This document shows, one piece after another, positions 22,139-36,016 of a DNA stretch of 64,000 nucleotides. The stretch covers positions 8,618,001 to 8,682,000 of the forward strand of contig JBHGNT010000009.1 of the NCBI GenBank assembly GCA_043228905.1, written 5' to 3'. The DNA comes from Azolla caroliniana (taxonomy: Eukaryota; Plantae; Polypodiophyta). Below the pieces are notes generated by a model. It did no database searches. It was not told the origin of the DNA and worked only from the letters and a program-made list of their open reading frames with translations. Positions within the stretch are counted from its first letter, which is position 1, and each line of letters begins with the position of its first letter. The position numbers and the translations under genes are program-made.

Positions 22139-24799
22139 ATGGCATCAACATCCGGCTCATCAGAGATGAGTCTAAGGAAGTTCGAGGGATTGAACTTCAA
22201 CTTCTGGAAGGAGCTGATGCAAGACTATTTAATAGTCAAGACTCAAGGGGCAAATAGACCCCATCGAAAACGAAAATTCTCTAGAAGAATACAAGCCGCT
22301 TGAATGGGAAAAGCTCGAGAGAATTGTCCGAGCCTCTATTCGGATGCACCTATCGGAGTCCATGTACTTTACGGTGCAATCGTGTTCGACTGCCTTCCAA
22401 CTATGGAAGACACTTTCGGACACTTATGAAAAGAAGGTCACTGCCACGAAGATGTATTTGATATGACGCCTCTATAACCTTCGGATGAAGGAATCCGATT
22501 CGGTCCAGGCACACCTCAACGAGTACAAAAGTCTAAGCTCCCAAATTTCGGCTCAGGGGACGACTATCGAGGATGAACTAAGAGCAATGCTGCTTATGAG
22601 TAACTTTCGTCACAACCGTGTGCAATGCATCGACTATGGCCGTTAAATACTCCCCAGTCACGAGCGCAATACTGACTGAAGCAGCTCGGAGGAAATCGTT
22701 TGCAAACGATTTAGCCAATAATGCGTATGTAGTACAAGGTTCGACCGTCCGATCGAATAGCCGAGGAAGAGGTTCTTCATGGTAGCCGAACAACCAGCGA
22801 AATCGAAGCAAGTCCCGGGATAATCAAGTCTGCAATCATTACAAGAAACCTAGACACATCAAAGCCGATTGTCGCGCACTCAAGGCCAAAAATGATAAGG
22901 CTCATCGAGCGGATCAGAAGAGTGACCAACATGATGAGGTCAACTACGGCGACTCCTTACCCGAAGTATTATCAAACGACCCGAACATTTTATGCATTGA
23001 AAACCCAATCAAATAAGAAGTTCTACTTACGAATGAGGAATCGAGCACATGGCTCTTGGACTCGGGTGCGTCCTTTCATGTGACCCCTCATCGATCTCAA
23101 TTTCGCTACATTGGTACTACATAATGTCTGACATGTACTTGAGTTCTCAAGACCTTTGATCTCAGTCGGACAATTAGACGAAGACGGCATCCGTGCCAAC
23201 TTCTCAGGAGGGTGGACACTCCACAGGGGGAACCTCTTGCTTGCTCGAGGACCAAAAGTACACCCATTGTACCCGTTATATGTCACACTTAGAGAGGGTG
23301 ACTTGTTCTTGGTCGACATTCCCGTGTGAACACTTTGGCATGGACGACTCGGACACCTCAACAAGGCCAACATCACGCATTTATCTAGACCCGGATACAT
23401 CCCTAAACTCTCATTATCTAATAGTCAATTTTGCGAGCATTGCCAGTACAGCAAACAGATAGCCGCATCACCGAGAGAATCGAGTCCCCCCGATTTGGTC
23501 CACTTGGACGTCTATGGTCCTATGCCACATCAGTCTCTCGGTGGTGCCTTGTATTTTGTCAACTTTATTGATGACTCGACTCGGAAGGTGTGGGCTTACC
23601 CAATTAAAACTAAAGATCGAGAGTTCTCAATTTTTTCTAATTGGCTCGCTATGGTCGAGAATCAGTCTGGCCAAAAACTGAAATGCTTTGGGACCGACAA
23701 TGGAGGAGAGTTCCAATTTGAAGAATTCGTCAGATTTTGCCGCCAACGCGGCATACGATGTGAATATACAACACCCCACAATCCAGAGCAAAACGGAATT
23801 GATGAGCGGATGAATCGGACAATTCAAAAAAGGATAGTTTCCATGCTCCAACACTCCGGACTATCGGATGGCTTCTAGGTAGAGGCCCTACTTACGACAG
23901 TACACATAATCAATATGTCACCGAGTAGGCCTCTAGGACTTCAAATACCTCAGGAACTATGGACCGGCAGTAAGCCGAATTACAACAAGTTGAGGATTTT
24001 CAGATGCGAGGCATACGCCCTCATACCGAAAGACGATCGCTGCAAACGTGCACCAAGGTCCAAGAAATGCATTTTCCTCAGTTATGGACCAGATGGCGAA
24101 ATTGGCTACCGACTCTAGGACCCCGAGCACAGACAGATCGTCCGAAGTTCGGACGTAGTGTTCAATGAGTCGAAAAGCCAATCCAAGTCCGAAGGGTAAT
24201 TTTCTCGGATGTGCCAACCCTTCACGAAGACCCAACACACAACACAAGGTCGGCCTCACGGGTAACCTAAATCTCTAGTACCGACTCGGCACAGCCAAAT
24301 TTTTCGGCTTCGGACCATCCGACTTCGACACCCGATATGACTAGTCCAATCATACCTCGGAGATCCGAGAGACTGTCATAGCCCCCAAGGAGATACTCTC
24401 ATGGTATCTTCTTTATTAACGCTAGAGAATCGACATCATATGAAGAAGCATCGGCATTTGCCGATTCGGCCACTTGGAATCTAGCCATGCAGTTGGAAAT
24501 GAACTCCATACACGCAAACAGAACTTGGGACTTGGTCGAATTACTAAAGAATCGACGCGCTCTCCCGTGCAAGTGGGTCTATCGAGTTAAAGAGACATCT
24601 GAAATGGCCGCCCCAAAATTGAAGGCCAGACTAGTAGCTAAGGGTTTTCGATAGGAATATAGCATCGATTTCAATGAAATCTTTTCACCAGTGGTGAAAA
24701 TGATGACCCTTAGACTCATGCTCGGCGTCGTGGCAGTCGAGGACTTAGAGCTGATTCAACTAGATGTCAAAACGGCATTCCCCCATGGTGCTCTAGAGG
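22139..24799 (+). pseudogene. pol: Copia C gag, protease, integrase and RT 5' part
   Basis: Collinear with the 1317-aa ORF of F (WLLDSGASFH, FIDDSTRKVW, TDNGGEF, QLDVKTAF), with many stops and internal deletions. Confidence 0.9.
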
Positions 24800-25294
24800 T
24801 GTTACCGACTAGGAACATGGTCTATGGTCAGTCCTTCGACCTAGACCTCCAAGTGACTATGTGACAACGAATGGTAGCGTCTATGCGTAATACTCAGTGG
24901 GATACTCCCCGTAACCTAGCAGCGTACAAGGGAGACGGCTACAACCGAGCTCCTTAGATAGTGGGCTAGCGCACACACCGTTACTTACTCCTACGCTCTC
25001 AAGAATTACAAACACACAGTAGATTAACCATAGCTACACATAGATATCAGAGAAGATAGAACTCTATCACGATATGCCTCTTACATTCAAAATTACATGC
25101 TACCTCTCTCAGAGGTTTTCTGCCCTTTATATACGCAGGTCTTTTAGCCGTTCACGCTTCCCGCGTGAACCGTTACATGCGTTACAAAATTATTCTATTC
25201 CATATTACTACGCTCTTGTCCATCGGTTACTATTCTGGTGGACAACACCTGGCACGCCTGTGGGACAGTGCGATGGCACGTTGGACCCATCCCT

Positions 25295-27991
25295 TTAATC
25301 TTCCTCTAAAATGGCCCTGATGTTTGGTTCTGCTACGATGTCCGCGTCCGGGGATGGCACAGGGCCTGTAGGCGCGTCGTTGTGTGGTTCCCCTGCCTGG
25401 TCTGGAGAGCTTCTCCTGGTTTCGCGGTCGTCTTGCGTGGGTGGGCTGGGTTCTGTGGGCTCTTCTTGGACGAGGGGGTTTGGTTCAGCCGTCCGCGGTC
25501 TTGTGGTAGGTCGCGGTTTTGGTTCGTCCGTCACTTCCCCCGTGATGTTGGCCGCCGATGTACGCTCTGGGGAGTGGGTTTGCGGTTCCTCTTGGTCCGG
25601 GACGTTCTCCGTGTGGTCGGCCATAAGCGTATGCTCCGGTGGCTGGGGTTCCACTTGGGCGGTGGTGTCGTTGTCTGGCATTGCGGGGAACTCCGCTCGT
25701 CGTTCCGCGTTGTTCACCATAGTGGTCATTTCTAGTGACATTGCCTGAAGTTCCTCTTGTTTGGCAGTACCCTGACTTGGTGTTGCAATGGATTCCTTGT
25801 TTGTTCGCGTGCTGCCGACTTGCGTGATCTGGTGAAACAGATCCTCCTTACTTTCGCCAAAATCATCTAGTAGCATTGCGAGTTCTTCGGAATGTTGGTC
25901 TGCTAGCGTGCGATAGTCCTGCGCTAGGTCCTCGCGTACTGCCGCTATGCTTTCCTCATTTAGTTTATAGAAGCCTTGGCCGTCTTTCCTCCAGTTCTCC
26001 CAGCCCGCTCGATACGCATGCAATTCCGCCGCTTGGGCAGCCCACGCCATCCATCCTTTGTCTAGCGCCGTTTTTAATTGCGTCGTAAACCTCTCCCGAT
26101 TCGTTTGTAGAAGGATACGCACGTTGTCTGTGATGGCTTGGCAACGGTTGCGTGCTTCTTCTACATATTTCTTGAGGTTTGCAATTTCTTGTTGATTAAC
26201 TGTCGTCGCTTCCTCATACGTGCTCTTCATACCTGCCCAAAGTTGGGATTCCTTCGCATGTAGTTCTTCCAGTTTTCCCATTTCATTGTTCAAGCGGATT
26301 TCGAGCTAATCCCTTCTCTCCTGTTCGCCCACTAGTTGCTTGTCGAACCATGCTTTCTTTTTCTCTAATAGGACCCGGAGTCCCGCGATTGCCGCTTCTG
26401 ATTTTTTCGCTTCCTCCCGTAATTGGGCGTTTTCTTCTTTCATCCGGGTGTGTTGTATTGTCTCCACTACGAGTTTCTCTTCCAAGGTCTTTACTGCCTT
26501 TCGGCCATTGGCCCGGATGTCCTTTTCCCTGTCTAAGGACTGGCGAAGTTCAACGCAAAGGCGGTCAATTTCTGATTCCCCTAGTTGTACAGTCCTTTTT
26601 GCTTTTGAGGCAATGGCGTTGTTTGGTGGTGGCGCTGCCTATTGCGCCGTAGTCGCATTATTTTCCAACTCCGCAATGCGTTCGTTAGCTTTTTGCAGCT
26701 CAGCTTGGGTCAGTTTAACATTCTTCCAGACATTCTTATTTTTAATGGCCATCTCCTTGACGCCCATGCTGACCTTTGCCAGTTCCCTATGAACTTCGAC
26801 TAGGGCCGTGTTTAATGGGGGTAGTTCCATCCCCATTTGGCATATACCGGTGTTCCTCTGTCTGCTGACTCTGGCTAACTGGTCCTCATCGTCACTTTTC
26901 GTGGTTTGTGTTAATGAACGCTCGATCATTTGGCGCTCCGCGTGTTCCTCGGCCATTCGTTGTGAGACTTTTATTTGTTGCGTTGCCAAGAATTCCATGA
27001 GCTCAAAAGAGGTTCCGAACTGTAATAGTGCACCGAACTCATGGGCCGTGTCCGGGATGTCTGGATACGCCAAGACCTCGCTTTCCGCCGTCAATACGAC
27101 TTTCCCTCACTGTAACTGGGCTGTAATGATCGGTTGTGGTTCCCGGATTATTTCGAAGGTGGTGTTGGGCTTCATAGCTGCGGAGCTATCACCTACGGTC
27201 GTTGTCTCCGCAGTCGCGAGTGCGTCTTTCACTAATCCTCGCCCATCTTTCCTGTCCAGCCTCCGCTTTTTCGGCCTGGCGCTTCCCTGTCGTGGTTCGG
27301 TGTCTGGCTCCGGTGCCGCTTCCTCGGTGCACGCCGCATGCTCTTCCTGCGTTGTTCGCGTGTTCGGCTGGGCGGGTTGGGGTTCATCTTCCCACTTTGT
27401 GGTGGCTAACTCCGCTAACCTTTGCTTCACGGATCGCGGAGGCAGCGTGGGCTTGTTGGGCTGCGGTGTCGGCAGCCCTCGGGGTGGGAATAGTACCTTC
27501 AGGTACTGTTGTATGATCGGCCTGAGCTTTTTGCCTCTTTGATACGCGTGCAGGCCTTCCCTTAACGTCGGCCCCGTGATGACCCCCCAATCGACCGTAC
27601 GCCCTTCAAAGGTATCAATAATGATACTTGCCTTCTGCTTGGGCATCCCATATGCGTTTACATGAACGTATTCGACCTCTAATAGGAACTTGGCAACTTC
27701 GCGGAAAAAGGGATCTGGGATCTCCTTCGTTCTATATGCCTTGGCAAAGGACGAATATGGACCGAAATATCTCTGCAGTGACTCCATAGGAGGTATTTCG
27801 AAATGCCTTTCACCTAGTGATGACAAGTCCAACTTTTTCCAGATGGATTAGTTGGTGATTGTGTCGATGTTGAGCTTTCTAGCGATGTCTAGTGCATCCG
27901 GGTGTGGAGGTGCCTCTGCGACCCTCATGTACCCATCAAGGCGTTTCTCCACGAGCCATCGACGCAAGGTGGTAGAGATAAATATCGGCAT
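25295..27991 (-). pseudogene. Extra 3' ORF of gypsy D (899 codons, coiled-coil, function unknown), broken by nonsense mutations
   Basis: ORFs 27848-28171, 27107-27832, 26639-27094 and 25295-26293 are all in one frame. ATG at 27991, an RPKKRRL motif, a heptad-rich centre and a Pro/Thr/Glu-rich tail. Confidence 0.8.
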
Positions 27992-28339
27992 AGTCAAAGT
28001 AGGCTCGAGGGGTGAAGATTGTTGGTTGCGGTGGGCTTGAGCTCTGTGATAGGATGGAGAAGAAGGTGAGGAGGGGGAGCGCTGAGAGTTAGGAGGTGGA
28101 TTTTTGTATTGTGCAGAAAACCTTCTATTTCCTTCTTTTTGTGGCCTAGGGTTCATTGGGCGGTGAGCCATCGTGGTGCCACGTGTTCTTGGTCTAGAAG
28201 TCTATGCATGCATTAAGTCCTTTTAATAGTGTCGCTATCTTCTCTTTCTTTCTTTTTTTCTTTTTTCTTTTTTTTCTTTCATAACAGTTACATACAAGCA
28301 TATTTTTACACTATGATACAAGTAGGGCCGTCTACTTAC

Positions 28340-31300
28340 TCCGCGGATTCTCCGGCTTTGTCCTATCCGGTGGGGAATGGGTTAGGTGGCGTAGGTCCCA
28401 AATAAGGTTTAAGGCGAAACCCATTCACTTTCTGTCGTAGTACTTCCCCGGCCAATGTGCCCAGTTGAAACGTGCCTTGTTCCGCTCCGACTATCCAATA
28501 CAGGCCTGTCCAGCGGAATCGTAACTTTCCTGGCATATGCCCATGCGGGTTTGGAAAACCAGTACCGCTTTGCCGACTACGAAATCCTTTTCCCGTGTGT
28601 TCCGATGTCGATCCACAAACGCTTTACACCATCGTTGCTCCTGCTCCAACACAGCCATGCTGTGTACGCGTTTTTCGCTGAGTTCGAGTAGCTGGTGCAA
28701 TCGTACTTCCTCCGACTTGGCTTCAGATAGTCGGTTCCGTACTTGAATCCGTAAACTAGGTAGCTGGAACTCTACTGACATAACGGCTTCCAGTCCAAAC
28801 GCTAGTCGAAACGATGTTGACTATATGCTTGTTTTGTAGTTGGTCTTGTACGCCCATAATGCACTATGTAATTTGGTATCCCAGCCCATTCTATTATCAT
28901 TGACGATTTTCTTTAATATAGTCTGCAATGTCTTGTTGGTGGATTCCGCCAACCCATTCGCCCGTGGGTAATATGGTGTACTCTTCTTGTGGACCACGAC
29001 GTAATGTTGTGTTAGTTCACGAACCACTGTATTGAGAAAGTGGCTCCCCTAATCGCTGATGAGCTCAATCGGACAACCGAACCGACACCATATGTGTTCG
29101 TAAAGGAATCTCGTCGTGACATCCGCCGTATTCTCCCATAGTGCCTTTGCTTCTACCCGCTGATGAGCTCAATCGGACAACCGAACCGACACCAGATGTG
29201 TTCGTAAAGGAATCTCACCGTGACAGCCGTCGTATTCTCCCGTAGTGCCTTTGCTTCTACCCGTTTGGTGCAATAATCCGTGGCCACCAATATGTATTTA
29301 TTACCCATACGGGCCGCAGCCGGTGTGAAAGGGTCAACAAAATCGAATCCCCACTTTTGGAAAGGATCTAACGGCAATACGGGCTAGTGAGGCATTCTTG
29401 CGCCCTCCGTTGGTTGGCCCATCCGTTGACACAAATCGCACTTTTTGCAATAATCATACGCATCCTTCTGTGTAGTTGGCCACCATAGGCCTGCTTGCCA
29501 TATTTTCCGGGCCGTGACATCTCCCGCGTAGTGTCCACCCGTCGTGCCGTAGTGAGCCTCCCGTAGGATCGTTTCTTTCTCATCCTAACATACACCGCGT
29601 CGCCAAATGCCATCACTACCTTTGTGATATAAGATTCCTTCTACTACGCAAAAGTTACGGCTCCGGACGCCTAATCGCTTATTCTCGTCCGTGTGTAATT
29701 GCGGTGGGGGTAGTCTCGTAGTCAAAAAGTAGGTCATTTCCATGAGCCATCAGTCCGGGAAAGTCTTTTCCGTTCGTTCTGTTAGTGTTGCTATCCGCAG
29801 AATGTCTGCATCTAGAAAGTCGTCGTCATCCCTCTGCGCCGTTTCTCCATTATCGATTCTTCTCAAGAAATCTGCCACTGCGTGTTGCATACCCGGGCGG
29901 TGTTGAATTACAAAATCGAATTTTTGAAGCAGCAGCATCCATCTCGCCAATTTCCCCGTCAACGCTTGTTTTTCCACCAAATACAGCAATGCCGAATGAT
30001 CCACGTGAAATGTGAATTTCCGCCCTAGCAGATAATGCCGGAATTTATTGATGTTGTAGATCATCCCCAACGCCTCACGTTCCGTTGTGGAATAGTTACG
30101 CTCTACCATTAATAATTTCCGACTAGCATAGTACACTGGTCGGTACCAATTCGGCTCTGTGAGCTGCATCAGTGCACTTCCTATCGCTATGTCTGAGGCA
30201 TCTACGAACACGTGGAATGGCTTCGCCCAAACTGGTGGCTGTACAACGGGTGCCTACGTGAGCATTACCTTAAGCGCGCCATATGCCTTTTCCTCCGTTG
30301 TTGTCCATTGGAAGGGAATCCGATGCAGGGCGGCATGTAACGGCGTGGCGAAGTCCGCCAAATATCGTATCATCCAATTGTGCCATCGTATTTGTCCTAA
30401 AAAATGGCTGAGTGCTTTCGCATTTGTCGGGGTTTTGGCTTGAGTAATTTGGATTGACCGCTATCCCTTCCTTGCTAACTATATGGCCAAGGAGAGCCCC
30501 GCTGGTAATGCCGAAGGCACATTTGGCGGGATTCAGGCTTAAGTGTGCGGTTCGGCAACGTTCTAGGCACAGTTCCAGATGCATAAAATGGTCGGTTGTT
30601 TTCCCATATACCGCAAAATCGTCTAAAAAAACTTGCATGAAGGCCGGAATATATTCCCCAAAAATCTCTGTGATTGTCCGTTGAAATGTCATCGGTGGCG
30701 TCTTTAGCCCGAACATCATGATGACTGCCACATAGACTCCCCAGTCCGTGACAAACGTTGTCTTCTCTTGGTCATCGGGGTGCATGCGTACTTGGTTGTA
30801 CCCATTGAAGCCATCTAAAAAATTGTACGTGTCGTGCCCTGCGACGGCGTCAAGTACGCTATCGGTGAACGATAAAGGGAATGTGTCTGTAATGGTGACG
30901 GCGTTCAATTTTCGGTAGTCCACGCATACCTGTATTTTGCCATTTTTCTTTGGTACGATTACGATCGGGCTTAACCATGTAGCTTGTTTAACTGGACGTA
31001 TGAATCCCACCTTCAGGAGTTTGTCAATTTCCTCTTTTACGTGGGCCGCGTAGTTTGGGTTCATGTGGTAGCGATGCTGCTGGACCGGTTTCGCGTCGGT
31101 TGCTAAATTAATCTTATGTTGATAGAACTTCGGGTCCAATCCCTTCATGTCCTCGTGGGCCTAGGCGAACACATCTGTATATTTTTTGAGGAGTACGATC
31201 ATCACATTTCTTTGGTCTAACCTTAATTCCTTTGCGATGGAGAGAAAACGGGGTTCTGACACCGTACCCACGTTTACTTCTTCCAGGGCTGAGGTGGTGA

Positions 31301-33590
31301 CTCGCCGTGAAATTTCCATTTCCCTCTCGAACGTTGCATGTGCTCTGCTTAGTTCTAATATTGCCTCCGGGTTTGGTTCGTAAGCCTCGTCGTGGAGTGT
31401 AGTAGTCGTGGCATATTTCGCCGCGGTTTCAATGACGTCGATTTCGAACAGTGGAATAATCTGAGGGTGCTCGTCTAGGTATGCCTCTAATTCTGTATCC
31501 TTCACCCCAACCAGCATATTTATATCTTCCGCGTACAATGGTGTTATGCCCTTGGATTGTGTTACCCTTTCCTCCGTTGGTACACGGACCTTGGTGCGTC
31601 CGCGTCAAAAACTGATACACTTGTGTTGCCAACTCTGCTTGATATTCACTAAACGAAGTCACGGTCTACGCAACACCACAGGGTATGCCCCTGGGGTGTC
31701 CAGGGCGAGGATTACCGCCGAGATGTCGAAGTGATGTCTGCCCACGATAATGCCTACCTTGCGTATCAACCCCAATGGTCATACTGAGCGGGTATCTGCC
31801 ATGCGGAGTCAAAACGGGCAAGCCTCCCATTTTGAAATTCCCAATTGTTTGCATGTCTTCGCGTTGACTACATTAACGCCCGAGCCGCCATCTATTATGC
31901 ATCCTATGATTTCCTGGCCGTGTAATATCAACTTAATAGCCTGGTTGTGGTGATCTAGTACTGACGGTCCATCGCTAATGTCCGTGAAATTCGTGGCGAT
32001 GCTTACCCCACGTCTGCCCGTCACCCGCTCTTCCACGGCCTGGCGGAATCGTGGGACTAGTTGTAGCAGCTTCTCCATGGTTAACGTTATCTCGCAGGCT
32101 ACCGGTGCTTGACAAATGGGGTCCGGGGATGGTCCCTCGTCGTCCAATAGCTCCCCCGTGGTTGCGGATTCCTTCCGCATGCACTCCGTATTTGCCGTGT
32201 TTGCCTTTTCAACCCATGCCTGGGTTGTTCATCGTATCTCATCTTGCACTGCCCAATCAACCGTTTTTGTTTGCTAACGGGTCATGACTTGCTGCACTTC
32301 CGTCGTAATCGTATTGAGGGTGGGCCCCTTGCCCTTGCGTACTGGGCATTGTGTGGCATAATGGCCGGGTTGTTGACAAACAAAACAATGGATGCTAGAT
32401 TCGCCCTTCTCGGCCCCTAGTGTGTGCCGATCCCCCGGTGCGACTTGCTCCTCCTGGTCCTGCTTCGTTTGTCAGAGGGCACGCGGTGGTTGTTGTTGGT
32501 CCCGGCGTGGTTCCTGGTGCCAGTCATCGTCCGAGCTTTTGTCACGATATTGCCGATGCTTTCCACGAGGTCCATTGAAGCTGCCACGTTTGTTTGTCAG
32601 CCGGTAATTCTCATAGCGTCAACCCCCTTTATTATATCTGGGGTGGCCACGGTAGTCGTCATCCTCTGGCTCGTCCTCCTCGGAATCGTTGTGATTCCGG
32701 CGATTACGGTAGTGTCGGTCGTCGCGTGGATTGCGATCCAGATACCGTGGTCGGTCTTCCTGCCTTCTTTGTTCATTATGGCGTGGGGGACACTGCGTGT
32801 CTACGCTGCGTACTGCGGGTGTTGCTCTGTTCAACATATTGTACTCGCATTGCTCAACTGTGTGAGCTTTCGAGTGACAGATTGGACAGTGGATTCGCAT
32901 GTTGCACTCCACTGCGGAATGCCCCGCATTCAAACAAATCGTGCACTGGATCGCTTGACGAAAATGTCGTTCCTCGTCCTAAGGTAACACTTGCCATAAT
33001 GAGGACATGGAAAACCTTTCCTCTTCTTCGTCCAGCTCGAGCTGCAGTGCTCTTTCTATGACCATATCGGTCGTTCCCCCTTTCACGCTATTGTTGTCGA
33101 GCATTGTCTGTATGGGTCGGCGTAATGCTGCCAGAAATGTCTCCCTGGCCTCGTCCTCCGTCGGGCCCCATTCTAATTTTCACCGTAGATTCTAGAAACG
33201 TAAGTTGAAATCTGCGATTGTCTCTATCGGTAGTTGCTTAATTGTGTAGAATTGCCCGAGGATCTCACGTTGCGGCACCCTCCGATGAAAGAACCGCAAA
33301 AAAGGTGGACTGCAGTTGGTCAAAGGTTGTGATTACTGGCAGATCCATTTGCGAATGCCAAAATGCCGCTCTTCCATCCAATGTTAATCCAAACTCCGTT
33401 ATTTGGGACTAGTGTGCACTACTACCTCAGAAAGGCTCTGCGCCATGTGGTTTGCATTCCAGACATTGAGGAACAGGCAAATATGGGTTGCGGCGTCGGT
33501 TTCGCCGTTAAAGCGGGGATAGGCAAAGGCCATGCTAGGTGCTACGGCGGGCAGGGCAAGACCACAGTGTTGTTGTGGTGAGCGCTCTTC
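28340..33590 (-). pseudogene. pol: Gypsy D gag-pol, degenerate
   Basis: Gag knuckles, protease IIDGGSGVN, RT with CVDYRKLN and FLDDF, RNase H with FVDASD and NYSTTERE, and integrase with WGFDF and YYPRANGLAE. Confidence 0.9.
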
Positions 33591-34123
33591 CCGCGTATCG
33601 CGTCGTGGCAGTCGAGAACTTAGAGCTGATTCAACTAGATGTCAAAACGGCATTCCCCCATGGTGCTCTAGAGGTGTTACCGACTAGGAACACGGTCTAT
33701 GGTCAGTCCTTCGACCTAGACCTCCAAGTGACTATGTGACAACGAATGGTAGCGTCTATGCATAATACTCAATGGGATACTCCCCGTAACCTAGCAGCGT
33801 ATAAGGGAGACGGCTACAACCGAGCTCCTTAGATAGTGGGCTAGCGCACACACCGTTACTTACTCCTACACTCTCAAGAATTACAGACACACAGTAGATT
33901 AACCATAGCTACACACAGATATCAGAGAAGATAGAACTCTATTACGATACGCCTCTTACATTCAAAATTACACGCTACCTCTCTCAGAGGTTTTCTGCCC
34001 TTTATATACGCAGGGTCTTTTAGCCGTTCACGCTTCCCGCGTGAACCGTTACATGCGTTACAAAATTATTCTATTCCATATTACTACGCTCTTGTCCGTC
34101 GGTTACTATTCCGGCGGACAACA

Positions 34124-35143
34124 AGAGGAGGGAATTTATATGGAATAGCCGAAAGGCTTCGTCACACCCGGCCAAGAACATCTAGTTTACTGACTCAGGA
34201 AGAGTCTTTATGGCCTAAAACAGGCACCACGATAGTGGTATAAGAAGTTTGATGACTTCATTCAATCGGTCGGCATCTCGACGAGCGATGAGGACCACTG
34301 TCTCTTCACGAAAACAGCTCGAGATAGGTCACCCATCTTCCTCATAATCTACGTGGACAACATGCTAATATACGGTCGGTAAGACAGAGAGCTTGTCGAA
34401 CTTGTTCGTCAACTACAGTTGAAGTTTTCCATGAAGGATCTCGGTCCGGCAAGACACATTCTCGGCATGAAGATTAGTCGGACTTGAAATCGAAGACAAT
34501 TGTTTTAGTCCCAATCCGACTATTTAGACGTGTCCTCGAACGCATCAACATGCAATTGGCAAAATCTGCTTCGACCCACATCTGATTCGAAGGGGGAAAC
34601 TAGGAAGTCAGTACCGTATGCACCGAAAGTCAGCTCCCTGATGTACGCGATGGTCACGACACGACTTGACATTGCTCACACCGTAGGAGTCACTAGCAGA
34701 TTCATGCACAACCCTGGCCGATTGCACTGCAACGCAGTAAAGCATGTGTTCAGATATCTGATGGGCACAAAAGACCTTGGCATTCTATTCGATCCAAACA
34801 ACACTTCAGGCATAGTCGGCTACACCGACTCGGACTTTGTCGGTTGTGTGGACAGTCAAAAATCAACAACCAGATATTGCTTTATGTTCGGCAATGGAAC
34901 AATCTCGTGGAAATCAAAACCTCAAGAGTGCACTACCACATCAACGATAGAGGCTGAATAGGTAGTTGTGTCCGATGCGGCGAAAGAGGCCTTATGGCTT
35001 GGTCGGTTGGCTTGCACGTTTTGACAAGTCGAATTTGACTCGTCTACAACCGATAATGTTGCAGATGGGATGACCAAGTGTCTTTCAATGAATCGGTTCC
35101 GATCCCTTCGACACCATATGGGCGTAACGAAGAATCAGTCTAA
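34124..35143 (+). pseudogene. pol: Copia C RT 3' part and RNase H
   Basis: [22 protein letters not shown] and GYTDSDF, with stops and deletions. Confidence 0.88.
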
Positions 35144-36016
35144 TTAAGTCAGAAACTTAAGATGTTTTCGAACAATCGACTTCGACAATTCGAAGATCGA
35201 CTTTAGCTTCCCCAACCTTGGCTAGTTCGGCCTTCTATTTTTCGAAGTTCACCGACTCGAATGAAATTTTGATTTGCTTGAAAACTTTGTATCAAGCTGT
35301 ATTGTACATTCATTTCGATTTACAGGTTTTCGATGTATATGCCCATTACAGGGGAGTGTTGAATGCGGGTCTCTAATGGACGTATTCACACTATCTTCTT
35401 TTGTACACATTAGGTTTAGGTTATTTATGTAAATAGTGAGAAGGGCAGTTGCCCTAAGTTAGTCGGTATATAAACTGACTTTGTGTTGAGAATCAAGCTC
35501 AACTTGGTCTAGTGTGTGAACCCACCTTGAGAGTGAATAGACACTCCAACGGTCAAGAGTCACCACTATGTCACCACTTTGTATTCTAGCATTTAGTATG
35601 AGTCATAGAATCATATTCTATGACACATAAGTTATGAGCTTTCACATTCCCCATGCTCCATGAGTCTTGTAGTTAATGAAGAGAGAGGGTGACTATGTAA
35701 AGCACCCTCCTCCCACCTTGTATAGTGTTGAGTCTTTCTACCTTGCGTATACTCTGTCTTACTCCTTGTCTCTCTCACTCACTCTCTCTCTCTCTCATAC
35801 ACACACATAGTTCACACCTATTCCGCTTCACAAGAATCCATCTCTTGATTCTTTACATGGTATCAGAGCGATTTGGTAGTTCGATCTAGCCCATTCGCCT
35901 CATCGTGATCGTGTGTTGTGCTCCACGCCGACGACCAAGAACCGGCTCATCGATATCGTAGCTTCGCTACATAACTCGCATTCGAAGAGAGAAGAAGAAG
36001 AAGAAGAATCGACATA

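Larger units (their letters stand above)
24800..34123 (-). mobile_element. Non-chromoviral Ty3/gypsy element D with a large 3' extra ORF
   Basis: LTRs at 24800-25247 and 33675-34123 (13 transitions and 1 indel counted by eye) and a perfect TSD AGAGG. Order is gag, protease, RT, RNase H, integrase, extra ORF. No second RNase H or chromodomain seen. Confidence 0.92.

Noticed and set aside
25295-27991. Labelling the extra ORF as env
   Set aside because: No signal peptide or transmembrane helix is visible, and it has an NLS-like motif.
31580-31615. Frameshift signal after the protease of gypsy D (T-run plus an 8-bp hairpin)
   Set aside because: No canonical heptamer, and the frames are too decayed to test.
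33600-34123. Assembly artefact duplicating the left LTR and its flank
   Set aside because: The copies differ by about 14 transitions, which argues for an old real event. Reads are still needed to confirm.
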